Assembly (NCBI GenBank): GCA_035936875.1
Contig: DASYVQ010000055.1
Location: 1-59,314 of the forward strand
Origin: Chthoniobacterales bacterium
GTDB taxonomy: Bacteria; Verrucomicrobiota; Verrucomicrobiia; Chthoniobacterales; UBA10450
DNA: 59,314 nt
Direction of reading: 5' to 3'
Under the pieces are notes generated by a model that was not told the DNA's origin, ran no database searches, and was given only the letters and a program-made list of their open reading frames with translations. The number at the start of each line of letters is the position of its first letter. Position 1 is the first letter of the stretch. The position numbers were made by a program, and so were the translations under genes. This document shows positions 1-7,974 of the stretch, one piece after another.

Positions 1-628
1 GCGTAAGGTCGTCCTTTTTCATGCTCAAACCCGCAGCAAGCCGGTCGACCATCTCCGTATCGATCACCGCGGGGTTGACTGCATTGATGCGAATCCCCTG
101 CGCGGAATACTCCAGCGCGGCGGTTTTCGTTAGGCCGATGACAGCGTGTTTCGAGGCAATGTAAATCGCCAGTCCCGGGAACCCGATCAATCCCGCGACC
201 GACGAGCAGTTCACAATAGCGCCGCCGCTTTGCTTCAGCATCCGTGGGATCACGTACTTCATGGAGAGCCAGACGCCTTTGACATTGATGTCCATCACCG
301 CGTCGTAGTTGGCTTCGGTCTGCTCAACGAGCGGCCGCACGTCGCCTTCGATGCCGGCGTTGTTGAAGGCCAGATCGAGCCGGCCATACGTCTTCAACGC
401 ATGATCCACCAACGCCTCGATCTCAGCTGCGACCAACACATCGGTCCGTTTGAAACTGGCCGTGCCACCGGCGTTACGGATCATCGAGACCGTCTCCTCG
501 CCTCGCTGAACATTACGATTACCGATGACGACCTGCGCGCCTTCGCGAGCAAACGCGAGCGCCGTCGCGCGACCGATTCCTGATCCTCCGCCAGTTACCA
601 GTGCAACCTTCCCGTCAAATTCTTTCAT
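1..628 (-). CDS. SDR family oxidoreductase (short-chain dehydrogenase), C-terminus cut by window edge
   Basis: Own minus-strand translation from ATG at 628-626: MKEFDGKVALVTGGGSGIGRATALAFAREGAQVV... with the TGGGSGIG Rossmann motif, NNAG, and IYIASKHAV (YxxxK). Absent from the ORF track because it runs off the window. Confidence 0.9.
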   Translation of the reverse strand, partial: MKEFDGKVALVTGGGSGIGRATALAFAREGAQVVIGNRNVQRGEETVSMIRNAGGTASFKRTDVLVAAEIEALVDHALKTYGRLDLAFNNAGIEGDVRPLVEQTEANYDAVMDINVKGVWLSMKYVIPRMLKQSGGAIVNCSSVAGLIGFPGLAIYIASKHAVIGLTKTAALEYSAQGIRINAVNPAVIDTEMVDRLAAGLSMKKDDLT

Positions 629-781
629 GATGTCGATCTTGTAGATTGCCTGCTCAACTGACAACTGAATCTTCGAGCCTCTGCATTCGATGTTGGGCGT
701 TCGGCGTTCGATATTTGCTTCGGCCTTCCGATCTCCGCGCCTTTGGCTCGTCACTGGCCACTCGTCAGTGCAAACTGACGC

Positions 782-1306
782 ATGGCCCATGTCGTATTTC
801 TTCGCGCGGTGAACGTCGGTGGCGCGAATCTCTGCCGACCGGCGAAAATCGCGAAGCAGCTCGCCAAGTTCGACATCGTCAACATTGGCGCCGTCGGCAC
901 GTTTGTGGTGCGCGAAAACGTGAGCGAGTCGGTCCTGCGCGCGGCGTTCGCCCGGAAGTTGCCATTCAAATGCGAGATCATGATCTGTCCCGCAAAACAG
1001 ATTGTCGATCTTGCGAAGGAGAATCCATTTAGAGGCGAAATCGGCAACGACATCCACGCTCATGTTACGATCATGGCCAAACGTCCAGCTAAGCTTCCCG
1101 AGCTTCCGATCTACGCTCCCTCCGTCGATAAGTGGGAAATCAAGATCTCAGGGGTGGTCGGAACGGCCGTGCTTACTTTGCGCCGCCGAGTGAAGGATGG
1201 CCGTCTTTACCCGAACCAGATCGTGGAAAAACAATTCAGTATCCCCGCGACGACCCGCAATTGGAATACAATTCAGAAGGTCGCGCAGATTCTTCGGGAT
1301 GGATAA
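782..1306 (+). CDS. DUF1697 family protein
   Basis: 174-aa ORF. N-terminus FLRAVNVGGANL and C-terminal TTRNWNT motif match my recollection of DUF1697 proteins. Confidence 0.75.
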   Translation: MAHVVFLRAVNVGGANLCRPAKIAKQLAKFDIVNIGAVGTFVVRENVSESVLRAAFARKLPFKCEIMICPAKQIVDLAKENPFRGEIGNDIHAHVTIMAKRPAKLPELPIYAPSVDKWEIKISGVVGTAVLTLRRRVKDGRLYPNQIVEKQFSIPATTRNWNTIQKVAQILRDG

Positions 1307-1678
1307 CCGATAGCCAGTCGCGTGTCATCCCCTCAACTTCTCAACCATCAACGCCTCAACTTTCTTCGCTTGTCACTCGTCACGCGTCACTTGTCACTAG
1401 TCTTACCCGCAATTGGAACACGCGCGAGCGGGAGCCGGGCGGGTAGGCGGTAACGCAGCTAGGGTAGCTGGCGCGAGAGCGGGAGCGCGAGTGACCAACA
1501 CGATCGAAAAAGCCGCGAAGATCCTTAGACAGGATTCACAGGACTAAATCGGATTGACCGCAGAGCACGCGGAGATCGCGGAGGAATCTTTCCGGTTTCC
1601 GGTATCCGCTTTCCGAAATCGCTGCGTCTCAGCTTTTACCTCTCAGTTTCCCCCTCAATACCTAAACCGCTCAACATC

Positions 1679-2158
1679 TCAACCTCTTTTGCCGTATTGC
1701 TGATCGCTGACCTTTTCCATCCAGTCGACCGGTTTGCCGTTCAGCGCTTCTTGAATAGCGATATGAGTCATTGCGGTCGTCGGCGTAGCGCCGTGCCAAT
1801 GCTTCTCACCGGCCGCAAACCAGATCACATCACCCGGCCGGATTTTTTCCATTGGGCCTCCCCAGCGCTGTGCGAGTCCGCATCCAGCAGTCACGATCAA
1901 CGTCTGACCTAACGGATGTGTATGCCAGGCGGTGCGAGCACCCGGCTCGAACGCGACGCTTGCGCCACGAATACAGCGTGCGGGGACGCCGCTGGATAGA
2001 CCGCTAAGCCGCTCGGGAAGCGGCGAGTGATCGGGCGAGCACGAGTCAAAACGTGCCGGTTTGGGTGCCTCGAACAGCGGGTCAATGCGCACCGTGCCCG
2101 TGAACCAGTCTGCGGGGCCTTTTGTGGATGATTGTGATCCGCTTCTTTTTATCTCCAT
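1679..2158 (-). CDS. Cupin domain protein carrying an extra ~25-aa internal segment
   Basis: 159-aa ORF with cupin core [20 protein letters not shown]...[21 protein letters not shown]. The segment [25 protein letters not shown] looks inserted. Confidence 0.8.
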   Translation of the reverse strand: MEIKRSGSQSSTKGPADWFTGTVRIDPLFEAPKPARFDSCSPDHSPLPERLSGLSSGVPARCIRGASVAFEPGARTAWHTHPLGQTLIVTAGCGLAQRWGGPMEKIRPGDVIWFAAGEKHWHGATPTTAMTHIAIQEALNGKPVDWMEKVSDQQYGKRG

Positions 2159-2409
2159 ATTTCTTCTCTCAACTCTCAGCTATCAACCATCAACTGTCTT
2201 CCGAATGGTTGTGATCCGCTTCTTTTAATCTCCATATTTTTCGCCCCTCAACGCCTCAACTGCCCAACGTCTCAACTCTCTTCCGATTTTCATCTTCTTA
2301 TCTCCATCGTCCTAATGTAATCGTTTGAAACCCGTCGCCGCAATGTGCCTTTCACGCGCCGGGGACAGGCTGCGCGCCACGCTGCGTTGAACAAATCGCA
2401 ACTTTCTGT

Positions 2410-3951
2410 TTGCGCAGTGAAGTGTATCGGCCTCCCAGTAAGCCAGTGCAGAATGAATTTCGAAAACTCTGCCGGCTCGAACAGCAATCGGAAGAAACTT
2501 ACAAACAAATTGCTGGACGGGAGCTAAGTGGCCGGAGTGATGTTCTCTGGGAAGAGCTGCCTAGAGCGCGGAAAGCAGTTGGAAATGTAATCGACAACAA
2601 CGTGCAATGTTACTCGGCATTGTCGTGGCTCTGTTATTTAAGACTTCCGATTGTAAGACGCATCACCGGCTGGCTCAACGATGGCATGGAAACGGCGCAT
2701 CACGCGGAGGCCCTCACTGCGCGTTCGCGCGAACAATCGCTCGGCTTCACGCCACGCGCTAATGGAGTTCTGCCGATTTACGATCCGCTTAAAGTACGTA
2801 ATGCAGCAAAACTTATTGGCGGCGCATTCGTGTACCGGCAGCTCCGGGTTTTTCAGACGCTCCTTACCTTAGAAATTCCCTTTGCGGATACTCGCCGCGG
2901 AGATTTGCCTGAGCCAGCACCAACAGAAGAACAACGACGAAATCTCGCAGCGCACAATGCGCGCATCGATCAGCCGATGCTTCTTGTTACCGGAGGCGGA
3001 ATCGTGGCTACTGCCGGCGAGGAGGACACCGAGGCGACGACATTTGTGTCAATCGGTTTCAACAAGGATACTGGAAAATTTGGCATCGGGCCTCTTGGCC
3101 TAGCGAAATTCAAACAGGCTCATTCAACTCAAATCGTTCAGGGCGACTGGTTTCAACAAATTGGCGACGTACTTTTGGTCTTGAAGGTCGGTTACATTGC
3201 AGCTCGCAATGCCAAGCTACTCGATCAGGTTCTCCGCTATGGTTTTATTTCGGTGCGAGCAACAATGTTACCGGAGTTCTTCGCAGCCGCAGAAATAATT
3301 GTGGCGGCCATAAAGGATCTGTTGCCCGAGTGGAGTTATTCGGATTTCAACGCGACGGTGCAGCGCTTACGTCAACTCGGAATAGAGATGGGTTATGCAC
3401 CACCGGTTCGCGCGGCAGGCGATTTAGCGTTGCTCGACTTACACTCAGCGTCACATCTGCTGAACGTTTTCTTTATAAAGAGTATCAATAAGCAAGCGCT
3501 ACAGCGCGGACCTAGTTTCGAGGACGATATTCAGCATTTGATCGACGAAACAAAATGGAAGCCTCCCGAGGAAATCCGCGGATGGCGGGGACGCAAGTTG
3601 AAGGTAAATGATACCGTTTTAACCGACATTGACGCGGTTGGCTTACTGGGTGGCCATCTTCTAGTTATCGAAGCGAAGGCGATTTATTATGAACTTGGCT
3701 ATGGCTCATTTGATCGCAGCCAAGCGCGTAATGCGCGAGAGAAGTGTGAGTTTGCCGTTCGACAATGCGCCCGTGACGACCTGCGCCAAGCTACGAATTT
3801 ACACCTTGCCCAATTTCGCCAGATCGTTCGGGTGGTTTGTACACCCTCCCCGATTTATTGTGAGGCCGACTACGCTACTCCTGGCCCAGATGGTTTTTCT
3901 CAGACTATGTCATACTGGGAAGTTTTCGAAAGACTGAGCAAGGACCAGTAA
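2410..3951 (+). CDS. Hypothetical protein with C-terminal PD-(D/E)xK (NERD-like) nuclease motif
   Basis: 513-aa ORF with a TTG start (start uncertain). C-terminal pattern FEDDIQHLIDE...TDIDAVGLLGGHLLVIEAKA fits E...D...ExK. Two hand-counted 120-nt samples give ~44-49% GC, against ~58% in a thiC sample. Confidence 0.55.
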   Translation: MRSEVYRPPSKPVQNEFRKLCRLEQQSEETYKQIAGRELSGRSDVLWEELPRARKAVGNVIDNNVQCYSALSWLCYLRLPIVRRITGWLNDGMETAHHAEALTARSREQSLGFTPRANGVLPIYDPLKVRNAAKLIGGAFVYRQLRVFQTLLTLEIPFADTRRGDLPEPAPTEEQRRNLAAHNARIDQPMLLVTGGGIVATAGEEDTEATTFVSIGFNKDTGKFGIGPLGLAKFKQAHSTQIVQGDWFQQIGDVLLVLKVGYIAARNAKLLDQVLRYGFISVRATMLPEFFAAAEIIVAAIKDLLPEWSYSDFNATVQRLRQLGIEMGYAPPVRAAGDLALLDLHSASHLLNVFFIKSINKQALQRGPSFEDDIQHLIDETKWKPPEEIRGWRGRKLKVNDTVLTDIDAVGLLGGHLLVIEAKAIYYELGYGSFDRSQARNAREKCEFAVRQCARDDLRQATNLHLAQFRQIVRVVCTPSPIYCEADYATPGPDGFSQTMSYWEVFERLSKDQ

Positions 3952-4029
3952 CTCCTGCACCCTTTCGAAAAGCTCGACCGGGAAAGAGGTTGGGGTCAGA
4001 TCTAAACATTTGACATTGGGGCCGTAGAC

Positions 4030-4620
4030 TCACTTCTTTGAATCCGACTTTGTGATCTTTCCGTTCTTAATAAACCACACGCTAAAATCAGGTCCACTGA
4101 CGAAGAGGTCTTTCTGTAGCAACAGGTTCGCGTAGACAAATGTCTCCACCGGCTTGTTGCTTACTCGTTGAGCAATAACAATCCCCACGTCACGATACCC
4201 GGGCGGCGAATGGTTGACGTTTTTGTTTTCGATCATTAGGCCTTGGGAAAGCGCATCAATGCGCTCTACTTTGTTGCCATCAGCTGATACCGTCACTCGA
4301 AAGTGGCCACAAACCACGACGTCGCCCGGCTTCGATCCTCGGCCTAATGCATAAACGAGAAAACCGCTACCATCCGGATCGCCCAGAACAACGTAATCGT
4401 AGCGAATATCGAAAAGCTTGCCTTGCAAAGCCGCGATCGCCGTCTGCTTCGCCCGCTTCCTGACTGCATTCGTTGCTCCTCGCTCGGAGGTTTGGCTCAC
4501 GCGCGTTAATTCGTTGCCCAGTCGCTCGATCGTTTTGAGGTCGAACTCCCGAATCTCGCCGGCGAATGCCGTCGCTGAGAAAAACAGAATTGCTACGATA
4601 AAGAGAATGCACAGTTTCAT
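4030..4620 (-). CDS. Secreted hypothetical protein, tandem paralog B
   Basis: Start taken at MKLCILFIVAILFFSATAFAGEIREFD (signal peptide), which is Met52 of the 4030..4773 track ORF. About 60% identical by eye to the upstream paralog. ATGA start/stop overlap at 4617-4620. Confidence 0.7.
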   Translation of the reverse strand: MKLCILFIVAILFFSATAFAGEIREFDLKTIERLGNELTRVSQTSERGATNAVRKRAKQTAIAALQGKLFDIRYDYVVLGDPDGSGFLVYALGRGSKPGDVVVCGHFRVTVSADGNKVERIDALSQGLMIENKNVNHSPPGYRDVGIVIAQRVSNKPVETFVYANLLLQKDLFVSGPDFSVWFIKNGKITKSDSKK

Positions 4621-5198
4621 CGATCCGATTTTCTGATCTTCCCGTTTTCGATGAACCAAACTTGACCGTTGGGCGGCGTTGCAACCGCGATCGGCATTTT
4701 CATGTGGTTGCTCGCATAAACTAAAGTTTCTACCGGTCTCGTCCCAACAATTTGGTTGGTCGCGAACCCCCATTTCTTATAGTCCCCCACCTTGGGCGAA
4801 TCCTTGCTGTCGATGTCGACGCTACGCGACAGAGCATCCACCCGTTCGGCTTTTCCGCCGTCGGCGGAGACTGTGACGCGAAAGTGACCGTGCACGACCG
4901 TGTCACCCGGCTTGGATCCTTGGCCTAACGCGTAAACGAGAAAGCCACTGCCATCGGGATCGTCCAGGACAACGTAATCATAACGAATGTCGAACAGTTT
5001 CCCTTTCAACGCCGCGACAGCAGTTTGTTTCGCGCGCTTCCGAACCGGGTTCGTCGCGCCGCGGTCGCTCTGCTGGCACACCCGCATTAACTCATTACCA
5101 AGCCGTTCTATCGTTTTGATGTCGAACTCGCGAATCTCGCCGGCGAATGCCGCGACTGAGAAAAACAGAATCGCTATGATGAGGGGAGGTGAACGCAC
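4617..5198 (-). CDS. Secreted hypothetical protein, tandem paralog A
   Basis: 193-aa ORF with a GTG start and signal peptide MRSPPLIIAILFFSVAAFAGEIREFD. Shares KLFDIRYDYVVL.DPDGSGFLVYALG.GSKPGD with paralog B. Confidence 0.7.
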   Translation of the reverse strand: MRSPPLIIAILFFSVAAFAGEIREFDIKTIERLGNELMRVCQQSDRGATNPVRKRAKQTAVAALKGKLFDIRYDYVVLDDPDGSGFLVYALGQGSKPGDTVVHGHFRVTVSADGGKAERVDALSRSVDIDSKDSPKVGDYKKWGFATNQIVGTRPVETLVYASNHMKMPIAVATPPNGQVWFIENGKIRKSDR

Positions 5199-5205
5199 GT
5201 GATCT

Positions 5206-5814
5206 TTATTTTTGCAGTTTCTCTAGTGCTTTCTCGCCGCAGAGGCGAGCGGCAACGCGAAAGGCGTCCACCCCAAGCTGCGGGTTCTCTTTGATTTTTT
5301 CGGGCAGAATGGCCGGCGTCCCACTCGTTAGGTGGTTTACATAATTGCGGAAACGCCATACTTCAGTTCCGTCGCTTCGGACCAGCTTCGCGGTCATGGC
5401 CAGCTCCGGGTTAACACGCCGGGCGAACATCTCGGCCGAGTGAAACCCGTAGAGTTCGACTCCCAACCGCAGCACTGCATCGGACGGAGCTTGTTTTTTT
5501 ACGACAAACTTGCCGGATTTTTGCAGGGCAGCGGCGAGTTCGGTGCGCAAGGACTCCGGTATTCCAAAGTCTGGTGCCATTCGATGCGAAGGAGTCATGG
5601 CACCGCTTCCTGCGGGACCTACCGCTCCGACTACGGCCGCGCCAGCCAGCATTTCGCTCAGCCCGAAAAATTCCATCTTGGCCGGCATTTTTACGTTCGG
5701 ATCAATCGAAACCGTTCGAACGGACTGCAAGGCTGCGGAGTTTTTCGGTCCGGAGGCGCAGGCGGCGATAGTGAGATTAATTATTACGACTAACGACGTT
5801 CGCAGAATCTTCAT
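5206..5814 (-). CDS. Lipoprotein, unknown function
   Basis: 202-aa ORF with signal peptide plus lipobox LTIAAC. Its stop lies 7 nt from the start of the next gene. Confidence 0.65.
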   Translation of the reverse strand: MKILRTSLVVIINLTIAACASGPKNSAALQSVRTVSIDPNVKMPAKMEFFGLSEMLAGAAVVGAVGPAGSGAMTPSHRMAPDFGIPESLRTELAAALQKSGKFVVKKQAPSDAVLRLGVELYGFHSAEMFARRVNPELAMTAKLVRSDGTEVWRFRNYVNHLTSGTPAILPEKIKENPQLGVDAFRVAARLCGEKALEKLQK

Positions 5815-5889
5815 ACAGAGGATTCGTAACAGGACACGATTTGGACGTTATGGACGGCACACCTTGACAGAGCGAGGTGGCTACAACAA

Positions 5890-5934
5890 TCACGTCTTCG
5901 CGTAGATTTCGGCGCCTTTTTCGACAAACTCAAC
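5890..5934 (-). pseudogene. Remnant of ThiC-tail-like mini-protein gene (last 14 codons)
   Basis: Minus strand reads VEFVEKGAEIYAKT-stop and is preceded by an in-frame stop. Matches EFVDQGADVYAKT (13102..13320) and the ThiC end [12 protein letters not shown]. Confidence 0.55.
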
Positions 5935-5993
5935 TCATTGCAGATTTTAGATTTCAAATTTCAGATTTTGGGAAACGGGAAAGTCCGAGTTCG

Positions 5994-6731
5994 TTATCTA
6001 GACGATCGAACAGGCTGGCGGTGTTTGAATAATTCCAGATGGTACCGAAAGATTTTGGTGTCTTCAGCGGAGATTCCTTTTGTGCCAAGAGCTTCGCCTT
6101 CGTAACGCACCGCGGAATCGAAATCGCCGGCTTCGGCGTAGGCAGCTGCAAGCGTGTCGATGCTAACCTCGTCCTTCCACTCCATTAGCTTGCATGCCAT
6201 CGTCGCGTCCTTAATTGCCTGCTGACCATTTCGAAATGACGGGTCCGGGCAGGTCGCGCGCAACCACGCCCGCTCAGCAAATGCCCTGGCCAGAGCATCG
6301 ACACGCGGCCGGATAGAAATACAGTGCTCAATTTCCTTGCGACTGGCGTCGTACCTTCCGAGCTTCGCGTTTGCGCTGGCGCGCAATAAGGCGGCTTCGA
6401 CAAATGTGGTGTCCTGCCTCAGCGCGTTGGTGCAATCCTGAACGGCCAGTTCATATTTGCGCTGTCTGATAAACACCTTCGCGCGGGTGTAGAGTGCAGG
6501 ATACAATGTTGGATCGCTGCGGAGAGCCGCCTCCACGTTCCGGTGCGCGTTCGCGACATCGCCATTTTTTAGCTGCGTTTCCGCGTCCTGCCAGAGTTTC
6601 ATCGCGGTCTTATTGCGACCGCGGCCGTAAACAACCTCGATTGGTACGCTTCCTTGCGCGTCCATGGCTGCGACGACCGCCAGCAGAATGATCAACGCCT
6701 TCGAAAACATGCTCTGCATAGTGCCGCGCAT
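5994..6731 (-). CDS. Secreted TPR repeat protein
   Basis: 245-aa ORF with a signal peptide and TPR-like repeats. C-terminal motif WLRATCPD...LAAAYAEAGDFDSAVRY is shared with the upstream paralog. Confidence 0.75.
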   Translation of the reverse strand: MRGTMQSMFSKALIILLAVVAAMDAQGSVPIEVVYGRGRNKTAMKLWQDAETQLKNGDVANAHRNVEAALRSDPTLYPALYTRAKVFIRQRKYELAVQDCTNALRQDTTFVEAALLRASANAKLGRYDASRKEIEHCISIRPRVDALARAFAERAWLRATCPDPSFRNGQQAIKDATMACKLMEWKDEVSIDTLAAAYAEAGDFDSAVRYEGEALGTKGISAEDTKIFRYHLELFKHRQPVRSSR

Positions 6732-6736
6732 AGTCG

Positions 6737-7549
6737 CTACATTATCGCGTTGCGGCCTCGATACGGACGGTGTTGTTTATACATCTCGAGACGCAGACCG
6801 TAACCTTGTAATGATTCTTTATCCTCCTTTGTAATCTCGGCGGCGATTTTCTTGGCGTTCGGGTTCCCCTTCAGGCCGGCGGCTTTCTTTTCGATTTCGT
6901 CGTTCTCGGATTTTTTCACGTTGAGCGCCTGCTGCTGATAACGCACCGCCGAATCGAAATCGCCCGCTTCAGCGTAAGCAGCCGCCAGCGTGGCGATATA
7001 TTTGGAGCGGCTCCATTTCGACAGTTCACACGCCTTTTTTGCGTCGCTCACCGCGAGCGATCCGTTTCGGATCGAAGCATCCGGGCAGGTTGCGCGAAGC
7101 CAGGCGCGTTGGTTCAAAACAAGCCCGAGCTCCCCAGGGTTTTGCACCTGATAAGTAACTTTCGCCAATGCATTCAAATCTTTGAGACTGGCGGCGTAGT
7201 TGTTTAAGTGGAGATACACGAGAGAACGAACCCAACTCGCCTCAAAAAACGCCGGTTGTAAACGTATCGTGGAATTCAAATCCTGGAGCGCCGCGTTCCA
7301 GTTTCCTTGCAACAAAAAGGTCTTCGCGCGGAGATCGTAAGCCATCCAATAATCCGGGTGCGCTCGTATGATCTCATCGACAGATTTTTGCGCTTTAATA
7401 ATGTCGGCTTTTCCGTCCGGCTTTTGCCCGCGCTTTCCGGACTCCGCCGCTGATGGACTCGCCCTTGCGCTCGGATCAGCTGAGTTCGTGGCGAACATCA
7501 GTTGAACCGCGCTAAGTAAAACAGCACTGCTGAGGGGAACTGCGCGCAC
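6737..7549 (-). CDS. Secreted TPR repeat protein (paralog of 5994..6731)
   Basis: 270-aa ORF with a GTG start and the same C-terminal WLRATCPD...LAAAYAEAGDFDSAVRY block. Confidence 0.75.
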   Translation of the reverse strand: MRAVPLSSAVLLSAVQLMFATNSADPSARASPSAAESGKRGQKPDGKADIIKAQKSVDEIIRAHPDYWMAYDLRAKTFLLQGNWNAALQDLNSTIRLQPAFFEASWVRSLVYLHLNNYAASLKDLNALAKVTYQVQNPGELGLVLNQRAWLRATCPDASIRNGSLAVSDAKKACELSKWSRSKYIATLAAAYAEAGDFDSAVRYQQQALNVKKSENDEIEKKAAGLKGNPNAKKIAAEITKEDKESLQGYGLRLEMYKQHRPYRGRNAIM

Positions 7550-7561
7550 GCGGAAGTCTTA

Positions 7562-7780
7562 CTACACTTTCGCGTAGACTTCCGAGCCTTTTCTTGCCAA
7601 CTCGGCTGACTTTTCTTTCAATCCTTTTTCGAGCGCCTCATTTTCTGTAATCCCCTGCTCGCCAGCGAACTTCCGCACGTCCTCCGTGATCTTGACGAGC
7701 TTCGTCGGCCCGCGAATCTCGCCCTGCGGGTGACCTTTAATGTCATCTACCCGGCCGCTCCCGCTCGAATCCGTGTTCAT
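7562..7780 (-). CDS. Mini-protein homologous to the ThiC C-terminal tail (copy 1)
   Basis: 72-aa ORF with AAGGAG 6 nt upstream of the ATG. KITEDVRKFAGEQGITENEALEKGLKEKSAELARKGSEVYAKV aligns to the ThiC tail [42 protein letters not shown]. Confidence 0.7.
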   Translation of the reverse strand: MNTDSSGSGRVDDIKGHPQGEIRGPTKLVKITEDVRKFAGEQGITENEALEKGLKEKSAELARKGSEVYAKV

Positions 7781-7849
7781 CCGGCGCTCCTTTGTCGCTC
7801 GACGCGCGGGGTAATGTCAAGCCGCGCCTGAAAGGGAAGTGACAAGTGA

Positions 7850-7868
7850 GTCCGAGCCGGACTGGCAT
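7850..7868. repeat. GCCAGTCCGGCTCGGAC hairpin motif copy (reverse orientation)
   Basis: gtccgagccggactggcat, with a GTCCG-AGC-CGGAC stem-loop. Other copies are at 14901, 18502, 18522, 38927 and 45626. Confidence 0.85.
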
Positions 7869-7974
7869 CTGTGACCAGTGACGAGAAAGTGCGCAGTGCG
7901 AAAATTATTTTCCAGCCCATCCACGGATTTTCTCGCAGGCGAACACGAAGTAACGCGCCACGAGCAGGCGAAGA

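Noticed and set aside
146-583. 145-aa plus-strand ORF
   Set aside because: It lies entirely antisense to a clear SDR gene with intact Rossmann and catalytic motifs. Its Arg/His-rich composition is typical of a GC-rich shadow frame.
1330-2285. Possible CRISPR array suggested by the many short repeats
   Set aside because: The repeat units are only 6-8 nt and are imperfect, with no 25-40-nt repeats separated by unique spacers. No cas genes are in the window.
7781-7830. Sigma70 promoter for the mini-protein gene (TTGACA on the minus strand)
   Set aside because: A good -35 hexamer is present, but no acceptable -10 lies at 16-18 nt spacing, so it is not reported as a feature.
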